A stretch of DNA of 63,771 nt, counting the filler, from Octopus bimaculoides (lineage: Eukaryota): assembly GCF_001194135.2 (NCBI RefSeq). It is 4 parts of 3 records of this genome, joined end to end, with 100 filler letters (N's around TTAATTAATTAA, not from the genome) between each part and the next. Parts side by side here need not be neighbours in the genome. Positions count along the whole stretch, not along the records: positions 1 to 10,751 come from NC_068989.1; positions 10,852 to 38,338 come from NC_068994.1; 2 more parts are not named here. One strand, 5' to 3'. Under the pieces are notes generated by a model. The model was not told where the DNA came from. It did no database searches and saw only the letters and a program-made list of their open reading frames with translations. Positions 1 through 12,503 of the stretch are shown piece after piece. Numbering within the stretch: the stretch's first letter is position 1; the number at the start of each line of letters is the position of its first letter. Both the position numbers and the translations under genes were made by a program.

Positions 1-39
<39 letters not shown>

Positions 40-1419
40 CATTCATACATTCCTACATACATATATGAAATTAAGTATGCTTATATGCATAGAAGTATAT
101 ATCTATATACGTACGTACTTACGTATGTATGTGTGTATGTATGTATGTATGTATGTATGAGTTATTTGTTTCTATTGTTACTGTAAATATCATTTTTGTA
201 AATTGAATCTGAATTAGTTTTAGTTGACTTTGTTTACTAGAGTATTTTTCTGAAATTTTCTTGCAAGCAAATAAACAGCAGAAGAAACCTCGTTATTGGC
301 AGCTTCTCCCATTACTTCTAGCGTGTGTATAAGAAGGAATTTTCCATTAAGAACCTCTTTCTGCGAACCGACGAACAAAGAACCACAACAGTTATAGTAT
401 TGCCACTGTTGCTAGAAACATGAGCTTGCGTCCGGAGAAGCTACCTTAATATATACGGCATGCTTTTATTTTTCTTACGTCCAATCGAACCATGCATCAT
501 TATATATCATTGTATTCGTCCTCCACAGAAGAAAATATTTTGTTTTATTGAGCTCTCTGTTAAATGGCTTTACTCGAAAAATTGCTTTCGTTATATTAGC
601 GAGATACTTCTTTCTATTATATATGTGCGTGCATTTATGCATATGTGTGTGCATGTGCATGTGTGTGTATGCTTGTATGTATGTATTTATGTAGGTGCAT
701 GCATGTATGTATGTATGTATGTATGTATGTATAGTTTACTGTTCCGATAAGGTAAGATCAACAAAAAAAGTACTCCATCCAGTGAGAGATAAATATCATT
801 TACTTTACACTGTATAAAGATTAGAGCTATACTGTGCATATTATGTGATATGTGTATGTGTGAGTCTGTATGTGTGAGTCTATGTGTGAACCGTGTATAC
901 TTTATACCCCTTCTATATGTAAATATATGCGCGTACGTATGTATGTATGTGCGTACATGTGTGTGCGTGTACAACTGTGTGTGTTTGTGTGTGTGCATGG
1001 TCGCGTTGAAATATATTCAGCTTGGTACAAAATGTCGCAGGTGGTAAAAATGATTGAAAGTTGTGCTACATTCATTGAAATTTGATAGACATAAAAATAC
1101 ATAAACATACGCAAATTAAATTTTAAAGTCAACTTTAATTTTGAATGTTAGCCGTAAAGTTGATCACGTAACCCCATATAATACAAACATCACTCTCATG
1201 ACCTCTGCAAACATAAAATATTAGCTGGACCATAACCAGATACAGCATTTTGAGCTCCATAAAATCTAGCCATAGTTATTTAAATATTTCTCGACGGTTA
1301 GCGTGATTACTGCTGAATGATATTGAGCATCCAGCAATCCGAATTGGTGACATTGGTCTGGTTCTTGCTTGCTACATTTCACTGCGGTTATTCCATTATT
1401 ACATCTGCAATGTTCAGCT

Positions 1420-1552
1420 CTAGAATATCATTAACATGCATTGCCTGAAGGTGATTTGTGTTAGGACGCATTTTACAGTGAATTTCCTGTTTCGAGATTT
1501 ATTCGTATGCCGCGGTCGACGAGGAATATGGTTTGTTGGAGTAGTTCTTCGC
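1420..1552 (-). CDS. Speculative terminal coding exon of the second gene (frame unresolved)
   Basis: Strong acceptor tttattcttttctcag|G at 1552 followed by unique CpG-containing sequence. All three frames stop within 18-44 codons. Confidence 0.2.
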
Positions 1553-1801
1553 CTGAGAAAAGAATAAATGTTTCACCTTGAGTGGTACGGAGCAGTCACA
1601 CAGTCTGTGTGTGTGTGTGCTTGTGCGTTCGTGTGTGCGCGCGCGCGTGCGTGTGTGTGTGTGTGTGTGTATGTGTGTGCGTGCGTTTAATACCTGCCTC
1701 ATTTACCCTTGAAATTCTACACGGAAATGAAAATGACGTTATTAGTCCAACAACGGATTCCGTGTTACTTGATATTATCATCCTTTGATATTTATTCGTT
1801 T

Positions 1802-2020
1802 GAAGGCAGTGAACTGGTAGAATCGTTAGCACGCCGAGCAAAAATCTTTAGCGGCATTTTGTCTGTCTTTAAATTCTGAATTCAAAATCTACCGAGATTA
1901 ACTATGCTTTTCGTCCTTCTGGAGTCGATGAAATAAGTGCCAGTTGAACACTGGGCTCGATATAATCGATTTATCTCCTCCCCCCAAAATTGCTGGCCTT
2001 GTATCAAAATTTGAAATCAA
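1802..2020 (+). mobile_element. tRNA-derived SINE, family A (aaggcggcgagctggcagaa... type), diverged
   Basis: A-box/B-box-like head (tggtagaatcg...gaattcaaa). Homologous to copies at 45447, 50545, 56870, 57724, 59187. Confidence 0.75.
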
Positions 2021-2671
2021 TATTTACTAGTTTGAAGGCTTCGAGAAGGCAGAATCTTTAGCATGCCAGGCAAAATGCTTTTTGCGCAGTCATTTATCGC
2101 CTGTTTTCTTATACAATCCCTTTCTGCATGTGTGTCTTTCAGATATTTGCGTGGATTAGTACTCCTATGCTCATTTTTTTATGGAAATTACTAATATATT
2201 ACTAATATAATACAGTGAAATTGTATTGTACTTTAAACCATCACTAATACTCTTGCTCATTGATAACACAATGTCCTATTCATTTCCAATCCCGATAATG
2301 GGTGAGTAACGAAGAGATATCTGGAAAGGATTTGTAGTTAGCTAGCTAGTATAAGGGTGGCTTAGTGTAGTTCATTTGGGTTGTAAAAGGATTTTATTTG
2401 TAATGCAAGCGTGTCTCCCTCGTGTAATGTATACACTGTTTGTGTTCCTGTATATCCTGCGCGCATTAATCTATCTCTTACTGAAAATGTTTGATGCGTG
2501 TACAACCAAACCGGTGGTGAAGCTGGTAGTGGTGTTTATGTGTTAATTGTATTAATCTGTTCCGTGTTGCTGGTTTTTCCGCTGGAAAGTGTCCATCTAA
2601 AGTGAGTAGTTGTGCACGGTTAGATTCTGGCATATTTCATGTTATATATGAACCGATTAGAAAGTTTGTTG

Positions 2672-3062
2672 GTGGAGGCGCAATGGCCCAGTGGTTAGGG
2701 CAGCGGATTCGCGGTCGCAGGATTGCGGTTTCGATTCCCAGACCGGGCGTTGTGAGTGTTTATTGAGCGAAAACACCTAAAGTTCCACGAGGCTCCAGCA
2801 GGGGATGGTGGCGAACCCTGCCTGCTGTACTATTTCACCACAACTTTCTCTCACTCTTTCTTCCTGTTTCTGTTGTACCTGTATTTCAAAGGGCCAGCCT
2901 TGTCACAATGTGTCTCGCTGAATCTCACCGAGAACTACGTTAACGGTACACGTGTCTGTGAAGTGCTCAGCCACTTGCACGTTAATTTCACGAGCAGGCT
3001 GTTCCGCTGATCGGATCAACTGGAACCCTCGTCATCATAACCGACGGAGTGCCAACCAACCA
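2672..3062 (+). mobile_element. Full-length tRNA-derived SINE, family B (gtggaggcgcaatggcccagtgg...), 13-bp TSD
   Basis: tRNA-like head, (CAA)n-like tail, near-identical copies at 51769 and 53656. AGAAAGTTTGTTG at 2659-2671 and 3063-3075. Confidence 0.9.
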
Positions 3063-4182
3063 AGAAAGTTTGTTGATTACTTTACAATATCCTAGAAACC
3101 ATTCACCAAGAGAAATTGTTATATATGAATTGACAGTTCTATTGTATATTGGTTCAATTGATTTTATATAAGTGTCTCCAGATATGGGTAATGAATAGTT
3201 TAATAAACATCTGGGGCTATATTTTTCTTGTTTCATTTAGGCCTTTGGTGGGGGGAAGTGCTAAAACAATTAGTAAGATCAATCCAAATATTTTGTAGTT
3301 TGGTGAAATGGGAATGATGACAGGATTCTAGAAACTCGAAGATTCTACAGCTGTGATATTAATTGGTAATTTAACAGTCCAGTTCACGCTCGATGCAAAG
3401 TGCGCCAAGAAAATGGTTATTCCAAAATGTAGAAACAGAGACAAAAATAAAAACCTAAAGCCTTCTATTGTTTGCAAGTCATTGCTCAGGTATAATGGAT
3501 TCTGTAGACTGTAACCTTATTTACTCCTTTGTTATATTTTTTGTTTTGTTTTTGCTATTTTTTGTTTGTTTTTATTTCTATCGACGTTTCTCTCGACCTA
3601 GTCACTCATCAATTTCTCGTAAACAATTCTTCTCTCACATACATTGACTTACGCATCATTATTCAGAGAAAAACACACATATAAACACTCCTACATACAT
3701 ACAAACACTCTTACATACACACCATCACTCCTAAATACACAAACACTTCTACAAACGCATGCATAAGCATATATTCACACCTGCTCTCATACACACGCAC
3801 TTACACGTACACTCATACACACAGTCACTCGCGAGAACGCTGTCATACAAAATCAAACACAACCAGACACATACACACACGGAGACCCTCATACACACAC
3901 GGAGACCCTCATACACACATGCACAAATTCTCACACACAAATCCTTCGCACTTCCACAAACAGATACTCACACACATTTTCATATACATACAAACACACA
4001 CGCTCATCCAAATAGCCACACGCACTAATACTCAAACAAAGATTTGGTTTAAACTGAAACACTCGTGAGTTCGCGCTCATGTGTCATGCATATAGACATA
4101 TTCACACGGACACACCGATACATAGACATATATTCTGAAACGTAATCATGCAGATATACTCGGATGCAGGTCTCCTTCTCTC

Positions 4183-4213
<31 letters not shown>

Positions 4214-5306
4214 GTTACTCTCTATTTATTACTGTCTCTATCTCATGCTCTTTCTGTTTCTCTATTCCTTCTCTCATTTCGACGTAGAGCTTTCACTCAT
4301 TAATACGTATTCGTCTTTTGTTGTTTGCATTTAAACGTTTTCGTTGAGATTTTTTTTTGTTTTTTTTTTCAGTATGGTGGGAGATGTTGGCCAGATGTAA
4401 ACGGCAGAGTTGGTGATAAAAGGTTAAGAATCCAGTGCGCATGAGCAGCATAGCAGACAGCAGAATAAACACATCTATCTTTGTACATTTTGCGAGGAAC
4501 AGAATTAACTAGGTCAAGAATCCGCTTAACATTATGAACTTCTATCCACAGCTATTTCTAGAAGGTGGATACAGTGTAACAAGATTAAATACGATGGAAG
4601 CTAGAGCATCGTCTTACTGGAAAGGATGAATTTTAAAAAAAATCTGAAGTACGTTCGAACTAACACCTTCTCAGTTTCTGAATGAAGTGGATAAGTATCT
4701 TAGACAATATGTTGGCTGGATTCGTCATCTTTTTTATATCTGTTTAAAGTTTTATCTGAAGCGGGGGATTATATGTTATGATGTAACCTATTAATATATC
4801 AATAAAACAGCTGTCGTAAATTTTAAAGCCCATTTGTGTCCTTTATGTATGTGTGTGTGTGTGAGTGCGCGCGCGCGTGTATATATATATATTTGAAAGT
4901 CTTTGCAAAAATAATTTAATACAATTTTTAAGTATAAATGGGTTTTTTGTTAAAAAGTTACTTTTTAAAAAAGTTAGATAATCTTTTATCAGAAAGTCAC
5001 TAACCTTTTTGGAAGTGGTTTTCTTCCTAGTGTGTGTGAGCGCTTTCGATTAATCTTTTCAAACACACGTACTCTTAGACAATGTGCTCTTGGATTNNNN
5101 NNNNNNNNNNNNNNNNNNNNNNNNNNNNNNNNNNNNNNNNNNNNNNNNNNNNNNNNNNNNNNNNNNNNNNNNNNNNNNNNNNNNNNNNNNNNNNNNNNNN
5201 NNNNNNNNNNNNNNNNNNNNNNNNNNNNNNNNNNNNNNNNNNNNNNNNNNNNNNNNNNNNNNNNNNNNNATATATATATATATATATAGTTATGGGGAAA
5301 AGAACC

Positions 5307-5514
5307 AAGGTTCATGAACTCATCGATGAAAATCCACTGTCACATATAGAAAAATTAATAAGTAAAAGCACGATAAATAAGTATAATATAATACAAAGTA
5401 AATATCATGAGATAAAGATATTTACTTTGTATTATACTATACTTATTCATTGTACTTTTACTTATTAATTTTTTTATGTGACAGTGGATTTTCATCGATG
5501 AGTTCATGAACCTT
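5307..5514. repeat. Near-perfect 208-nt palindrome (MITE-like hairpin)
   Basis: aaggttcatgaactcatcgatgaaaatccactgtcacata... pairs with ...tatgtgacagtggattttcatcgatgagttcatgaacctt. Arms about 99 nt, loop about 10 nt. Confidence 0.9.
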
Positions 5515-5569
5515 AATCCATTTGCAACTGTCGCGACTCAGGATCATGTTCACTTGACCAACGATTTAT

Positions 5570-6280
5570 GATTAAATCTATTATATATGAGGCAGAATGT
5601 TACTGCAACCCTAAGTAATAATACAACTGATCAGAAGACCTATATTTGATTATGTGAAGGTAAATTTAAAAAGCACTATGCCAGTCATATAGCCTCCTTC
5701 CAGCATAGGGACAAAAGCAAAGCTACTGAATTGGCTAGCTACGTGTGGACTTTGAAAGATAACGAAACACCACATGTGATTAAATGGAAAGTAATTGAGA
5801 AATCTATACTTTATGTGAATGGATCGAATAAATGTAGGCTTTGTTTAGCTGAAAGAGAGCAGATCCAATTCAAATCTAAGATCCTTAACTCTCTACTGAA
5901 CTGTAGGTCAGAAACTTTCATTGGTATCAAGCATATGTATAAATATATTTTGAAGAATTGGAAAATTCTGCTTATTCCTGACTAGCTTGATATCTTTGCA
6001 GCCTTATCTTTTAAAGACTAGGGAACATTGCTCTTTTACCATTTTACTTTTTATTTCTTAATTTTTACATTTCAGTTTTTGTGTTTTCGTTTTCCGTTTT
6101 CCATTTTCTGTGTTTTTTTTTATATTTTCTGCGTTTTCTATATGCTACCTTCTCAGTTTTTTCGCGTTTCTTCTATTATCCAATTTATTTTAGTTCGTTA
6201 TGATATGCAGTTTGCGCTCGAAGAATACTTTCAAGTATTTCTCAACATATGAAACTATTAGTAGCGCTTAAATACATGTT
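5570..6280 (+). mobile_element. Penelope-like element 3' fragment: GIY-YIG endonuclease C-terminus plus 3'UTR with degenerate hammerhead
   Basis: LCEGKFKKHYASHIASF...ELASYVWTLK...IKWKVIEK...KCRLCLAERE matches the PLE EN motif order. Hammerhead-like core at 6214-6267. Confidence 0.8.
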
Positions 6281-6296
6281 CTGTGCCCTTTAAATA

Positions 6297-6329
<33 letters not shown>

Positions 6330-7517
6330 ACGGACACAAATGTGTGTATGTATGTATTATGTATGTATGACAGTCATGAACGGTGGTGAGGAGGGAACAG
6401 GCTATCAGAAGTTATTGTCATTGTTGCTGCTACTCACGCTGCTGTTAATGTTGATGATGATAATGTTGTTTTAATATTGTCCTTTACTCCCGGGTTACCA
6501 GTGCATTTACGATCAAATGCCATTGGGACTAAAATTATCTAATGCATTCCTTGTTGAAGATAATAACGTGTAATTTGAGGAAGATTTGGCTGCTATTTCG
6601 AATAGGCTCTCTAGCTGCTTCGATCAGAATCGGTCTCCGCATCCATTTGACAAGGCGAATAGTGCAGATTGGCAGAGTTCAGAAGTTGAAGGTGTTGGAC
6701 TGAGGTCAATTTACTAAAACTGATACTTCATTTTCTAGTTGTCACAGGTGTAACACAGCTGAGTACAGTCATCTGACAAAACAGTCATCAGATTTAAAGA
6801 GCTACGGAATTTTACTGTACGTCAAGATCGTTCCTAACTTTTGGTACATCTCTACAGACAGGTGAAACGGGTCATATTAGAATTCAGTATTTGTGCCACA
6901 GGTGCAACTTTCCTTGGTACGATAAAATGAGCCACGAACCACCAATCTCTCGGTTACTTACCGATAACTCATTGACTCAGTCAAATACATTTCGAAAGCC
7001 ACAAGTTAATCATGTGATATATTACTGTTACAGCTTCTCTGGAGAGATTTACAAAAATATATGACTAAAATCTCAGTAACATCTCTGAAAGTATTCATCA
7101 AAAGAATGAAAGGAGTGATTCGTCGATGTAAGGATGTAAGACTGTGAGAGGAAATAAGCGGGGAGAGGTAACTCTGCAGCCGACACAAGAACTGCTTGTC
7201 TTCGGAAATGATTTATTATTCAGATATAAACATTCCATCAATATTGCATTCAGGCGAAAGGATTCCTGGCAGCTAAATGCATCGTAATAATTGTGGTCTT
7301 GTAGAATCGCTCCATGCGGAATCTTTCTATTATTTGAATAATTACGATCGATAGATTCACCATGTCAACAGCCTGCTTCTATGGACATGACGCAAATTGG
7401 TGAAGGTGCTTATGTTTATATGGTTATACTCATATACATACATACAGACAGACAAACAGACAGGCAGGCAGGCAGGCAGAAATACACACAGACAAGCAGA
7501 CAGACAGACAGGCAGGC

Positions 7518-7559
<42 letters not shown>

Positions 7560-7580
7560 GTAGGTAGGTAGGTAGGTAGG

Positions 7581-7648
<68 letters not shown>

Positions 7649-7698
7649 CAGATAGATAGACAGAGATCTGTTATAGTGCGTGTATGTATGTGTGTGTG

Positions 7699-7755
<57 letters not shown>

Positions 7756-7757
7756 AC

Positions 7758-7875
7758 ACGGGGAGGTGTTGAGAAGTTCCTGCCTTTAAAGGTATCGCGA
7801 GAGCTCTGGCTGGAGATCCAACCTTCGTTTTTCAGGGCTTAGAAAAACTGAAGGACCATTTCAATAAATGTGTGA
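7758..7875 (+). mobile_element. Mariner-type non-autonomous element end, truncated by a gap
   Basis: acgggaggtgttgagaagttcc resembles a mariner TIR start. Next to a (TG)n tract. Confidence 0.5.
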
Positions 7876-8144
7876 NNNNNNNNNNNNNNNNNNNNNNNNN
7901 NNNNNNNNNNNNNNNNNNNNNNNNNNNNNNNNNNNNNNNNNNNNNNNNNNNNNNNNNNNNNNNNNNNNNNNNNNNNNNNNNNNNNNNNNNNNNNNNNNNN
8001 NNNNNNNNNNNNNNNNNNNNNNNNNNNNNNNNNNNNNNNNNNNNNNNNNNNNNNNNNNNNNNNNNNNNNNNNNNNNNNNNNNNNNNNNNNNNNNNNNNNN
8101 NNNNNNNNNNNNNNNNNNNNNNNNNNNNNNNNNNNNNNNNNNNN

Positions 8145-8207
<63 letters not shown>

Positions 8208-8353
8208 AAATATCTATTTATGCATATATATGTGTTTGTAATGGAAGGTTGAGTCCAGAGAAATAGTAAAACCCAAAGCCCACACTAAGTACACCGTGCA
8301 ACTAAAATAATCTCTTTCTGTTACTCCATGAGTTCAAATTCCTGTGATGTCAC

Positions 8354-8382
8354 CTGCCATGTAAATTCACACCACCAGAAAC
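8354..8382 (-). CDS. Speculative 29-nt micro-exon (VSGGVNLHG-R) of the second gene
   Basis: Acceptor tttcattcag|, donor CAG|gtgaca, phase 0 to 2. Adjacent sequence resembles a decayed SINE. Confidence 0.15.
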
Positions 8383-8739
8383 CTGAATGAAATGCTTGAT
8401 CGTGCTAACTCGGTCAAAACAGCTGCCGATTTTCTCTTCTACCTCAATATGGCCGATATAATAAGTACCAGTGGTATACTGGATGGTAAATTCAATCTAT
8501 AATATCGTCTTTCATGTCACCTTTCAGCATGTGCTTGTTGAATCTGATTAAAAGAAGCAATATATTTATTGTGTAACGAGGTGTTAGCGTGACAGTAAAT
8601 ATCAGCCGAAAATTTGTCAGCGTTTGAGGGGTAGTAGTGTAACTGTCAAAAGGGGCTTGTCAACTGAAAAGTGCATCATATATGTCTGAAGGAAGGGGAC
8701 TGTCAGCCTGAGAAGAGAGAGAGAGCGTGAGAATGGGTC

Positions 8740-9420
8740 AGTGTGTATATCAACGTGCGAGTGTGTCAGTGTATCGTTGAGCCAGCGTGTCAGTGAGTCA
8801 GTGTGTCAGTGAGTCACTGTATCCGTGAGTCAGTATGTCAGTCAGTGTATCCCTGAGTCAGTGTGTCCCTGAGTCAGTGTGTCCCTGAGTCAGTGTGACA
8901 GTGAGTCAGTGTGTCTCTGAGTCAGTGTTTCAGTGTGTCAGTGTGTCCATGAGTCAGTGAGTCAGAGAGTAAGTGTGTCAGTGTGTCAGTGAGACAGTGT
9001 ATCAGTGAGTCAGTGTGTCCATGAGTCAGTGCGTCAGAGAGTAAGTGTGTCCCTGAGTCAGTGTGACAGTGAGTCAGTGTGTCTCTGAGTCAGTGTTTCA
9101 GTGTGTCAGTGTGTCCATGAGTCAGTGTGTCGGAGAGTCAGTGTGTCAGTGAATCAGTGGGTGTTAGTTGATGTAACAATGTAGGTCTGCTCTGTCAGCA
9201 TGAGAGTGTCAGTGTGTCAGAGTGTGAGTCAGTCAGTATGTGAGTCTGTAAGTGAAACTATGAGTCAACGTTTGGATTTGTCAGTATGAGAATGTCAGCA
9301 TGCAGACTTTTGTAATCGTGAGAGAGCGTTGAATGTGCCCGCGCGAGACTGTGTCAGTATGCCAGCAGGGAAATCTATCGATGCGTCAGTATGTTAGCAT
9401 GCTAATGTTTGAGCGTCTCA
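8740..9420. repeat. Complex (TCAGTG/TGAG) minisatellite with 18 TGAGTCA motifs
   Basis: Direct reading. Includes a duplicated higher-order block of about 85 bp (about 8878-8960 and 9046-9128). Confidence 0.9.
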
Positions 9421-9812
9421 GTATGTTTACCACTGTCCGTGTGTATCAGTGAGATTGAGGGAGTATGCCAGATATACAAATGTATGCGTGAGTAAATGTG
9501 AGAATATATCAGTTATGTATTATGTTTGTTCATAACGGGCATATATTTACGTGTTTGGTAATCATTACTTCACTACTCTTTTATTTACCATGTCTCAAAT
9601 ATATAATTGATGTGTGTTCAACCGAACCATTTATTCGTTCAGTTGTCATTATTAAAGTAAAAGAAACAACAGAATATTGACTGAAATACCCTGTTTCTTC
9701 TCTTTAACTACATCTCTTTACATATATGTTGCAACTAAATAGTCGATATATCATTAACGTTTCGGTCTTAGTCCTCCTCGGTGAAGCATAAATTTCACCA
9801 ACTTTCAGAATT

Positions 9813-9957
9813 AATCAGTTTCCGTCTACCAAATTCCTTTAGAAAGGCTTTGGTCATCCTGAAGCTATAGTAGAAGTCACTTGCCGAAGGTGCAACGCAG
9901 TGGGAATGAGCTCGGAACCATGTGGTTGGGAAGCAAGCTTCTTACCACACAGCCACG
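9813..9957 (-). mobile_element. tRNA-derived CORE-like SINE (family C), 5' half
   Basis: Homologous to 26810-26953 (gtggctgtgtggtaag...ggcaagtgtcttctactatagc). Confidence 0.8.
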
Positions 9958-9997
9958 AATGTATGTATGCATGTACGTATGTGTGCATGTATGTATG

Positions 9998-10031
<34 letters not shown>

Positions 10032-10078
10032 TGCATGTATGTATTGAATTAGCGCTTAAGCACTATATATTATTATTA

Positions 10079-10120
<42 letters not shown>

Positions 10121-11493
10121 GATTCAAAAAACGGAGAAAAAGATAACAAGAAAAACATGTGGTTGTAGCACATACAAAGCATTAATAAGACGCTCAGAAA
10201 AGGAAAAGAGTGGCTGTTTTATATTTTGAGCATAGCTCTTCTTGGGAAACAGGAAACATAGGAAAGTCCAAAGAAAAGGAAGGAGGAGGGAAAAAATCGC
10301 CAATAGTCCAAGTGTAGTTACATTTATATCCACTGAAGTTAAGAGCACGACTTTTAACCTCTTAAACTTCAATATATTCTTACTTCAATGCAATAAACAT
10401 AAGCGAAATGAATTTGCATAGACATAAAATGGGCGAAACGAATATTTTTCAGAATAATAAAATTTGAGTATTTCACTGATATCACAAAATTTCATTTTAA
10501 GCGAAGATTAAATGCATTGAAATAGAGTATCAAATTAACTTTTGCAATGAATAGATCGACAGTGACTTCGAAGTTTCGTTAGACTGCCTGGAAAAGTCAA
10601 TGATCGTCGATACTTCGAAATCACTATCAACATTTTCATTACCCTCATATGTACACTTATCTGTCGTCAGCGAGAACTTTCCGACGCCACAATATATTGC
10701 TAGACTTTCTTATGGCTTTGAAAATGCTGTAACACACACACACACACACATNNNNNNNNNNNNNNNNNNNNNNNNNNNNNNNNNNNNNNNNNNNNTTAAT
10801 TAATTAANNNNNNNNNNNNNNNNNNNNNNNNNNNNNNNNNNNNNNNNNNNNGAACGCCGACGAAGGGAAATAACCCTGAAATCCGGATACGTTCGTGCTG
10901 CTGGCCGAGGTGAGAGGGATAACTCCCTTGGCAAACAGGACACAGTCGTGTGTCGATAAGCCAGCTGGAGGAGATGTCCTCCTGGGGCTAAAAGCAACAG
11001 TAACATCCACCCCTAGGGGTCAGCCACACTTAAGTGGCAATATACTACACTTTATCGTGCAGTTACTGTTAATACTTCATATAGAGAATTAACATTATAT
11101 ATATATATATATATATATATTGACATACATATGCACACACACACATATATATTTGTTCATTTTCTGTCTATTTTCTATGCAAGCAGACAGGTACTTATTT
11201 GAGGCAGTTTTCTATGGTCAGATGCTTTTCCTGTTACCTCCTGGATCTGTTATACAAACAACAGATCTTTGTTTTTAGTTCCAACAGTACAAGTGCACAG
11301 AGCTATAGGGTATAATGTTTACAGGCAATGTAAATATCACACGATTATTTTAGCTCATCTTTTTTAAAGAAATAACATCTCCAGGCACATATAAATATAC
11401 ACTTACATTTGATGCCCAGACTATGGTTTTGTGAAGCAAACTTATGAAGCACAAGGCTATGCTAACACCATATACATACATGTGTAGGTGTCA

Positions 11494-11800
11494 GAGTCGC
11501 TGTGTGGTTAAGAATTTGCTTCCCAATCACATGGTCTTAGGTTCACTCCCACAGCATGGAACTTTGAGCTAGTATCTTCTGCTATAACTCCCAAGTCAAC
11601 TGAAACCAAATNNNNNNNNNNNNNNNNNNNNNNNNNNNNNNNNNNNNNNNNNNNNNNNNNNNNNNNNNNNNNNNNNNNNNNNNNNNNNNNNNTGGGTGGG
11701 TTTGCTTAGTAGATGGAAACCCATTGTATGTGTGTGTGTGTGTATTGTTTATTATTGTTGTTTAGTTTCAAGTTAACTCTGATACCAAGCAGATCTATAA
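11494..11800 (+). mobile_element. Family C SINE, diverged, interrupted by a gap
   Basis: gctgtgtggttaagaatttgcttcccaatcacatgg head. Confidence 0.65.
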
Positions 11801-12383
11801 TGAAAAGCATTCTAGCCAAGACCATCACCTGATTTTTTATTCAGTCAATCCAATTTGTTCTTCGTTTTTTAAAAACAGTATGTGAATTGAAGATTTAGTT
11901 GCCATTTCTAGCAAGTTGAGCGTCCTAGTGTTAAAAATGTATAAATCGCATGTCTTGCGGTGGTTGCTCTGCAAATCCAGCCATGGTCAAATTGGGTGAT
12001 AGATTTGACTCGTCACCCGATTTAACACCACCAGCTGGCACTTGGTGCCTTTAACGGAGTCCATTCTGTTGCAAGCATTCGTGTCAAGTTTCCCGGATGC
12101 TTACAGCTGAGTGAGTGGGCTCGTCCGTCCTATAAATAAGTCATGGACACTGCTTTCTCTCTTAGATTAAAAAAAAAAAATGCTGACGATGGCTAATATC
12201 ATACTAGAATGTCCCGCAAAAGTGATCGAGAGAGGGATTGCTCGCACACGATAGACAGACAAATCATCCACCTGGATGTAAACATGACAACTACAAGTTC
12301 GAGTTATAAGATGGACAGTGAAAGAAGAAAAGATCAAGCGTGACAAGTTTTCCGACATGAGTTATGTTTTCTTTAATTCTTAC

Positions 12384-12503
12384 CCACCTCCTCACTCGTG
12401 ATAAGAAGTCAAAATTGTGACATACAAATTCCATGGGGAGAAGTAAAAGTAACAAAAGCCATAAAATAGGGCGAAATAAACAAGGAGTTACAAAAGATAA
12501 CAT
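12384..12503 (-). CDS. Candidate first coding exon of a second gene: signal-peptide-like MLSFVTPCLFRPILWLLLLLLLPMEFVCHNFDFLSRVRRW (exon 12384-12540)
   Basis: Acceptor atcttgcctttag| at 12540, ATG at 12503, strong phase-0 donor GTGG|gtaaga, Leu-rich h-region, R-V-R-R furin-type site. Confidence 0.4.

Noticed and set aside
220-411. Minus-strand open frame QQWQYYNCCGSLF... resembling a tetraspanin CCG motif
   Set aside because: No downstream Cys pattern or TM segment, and no donor. Most likely chance.
2672-2750. tRNA-like sequences (also 51769, 53656, 26880, 45650)
   Set aside because: These are SINE heads continuing into conserved SINE bodies, with no complete acceptor stem. Not tRNA genes.
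10796-10807. TTAATTAATTAA island inside N runs (also 38383-38394 and 55483-55494)
   Set aside because: Identical 12-mer centred in fixed-length gaps, giving stops in all six frames. This is an assembly linker, not biology.
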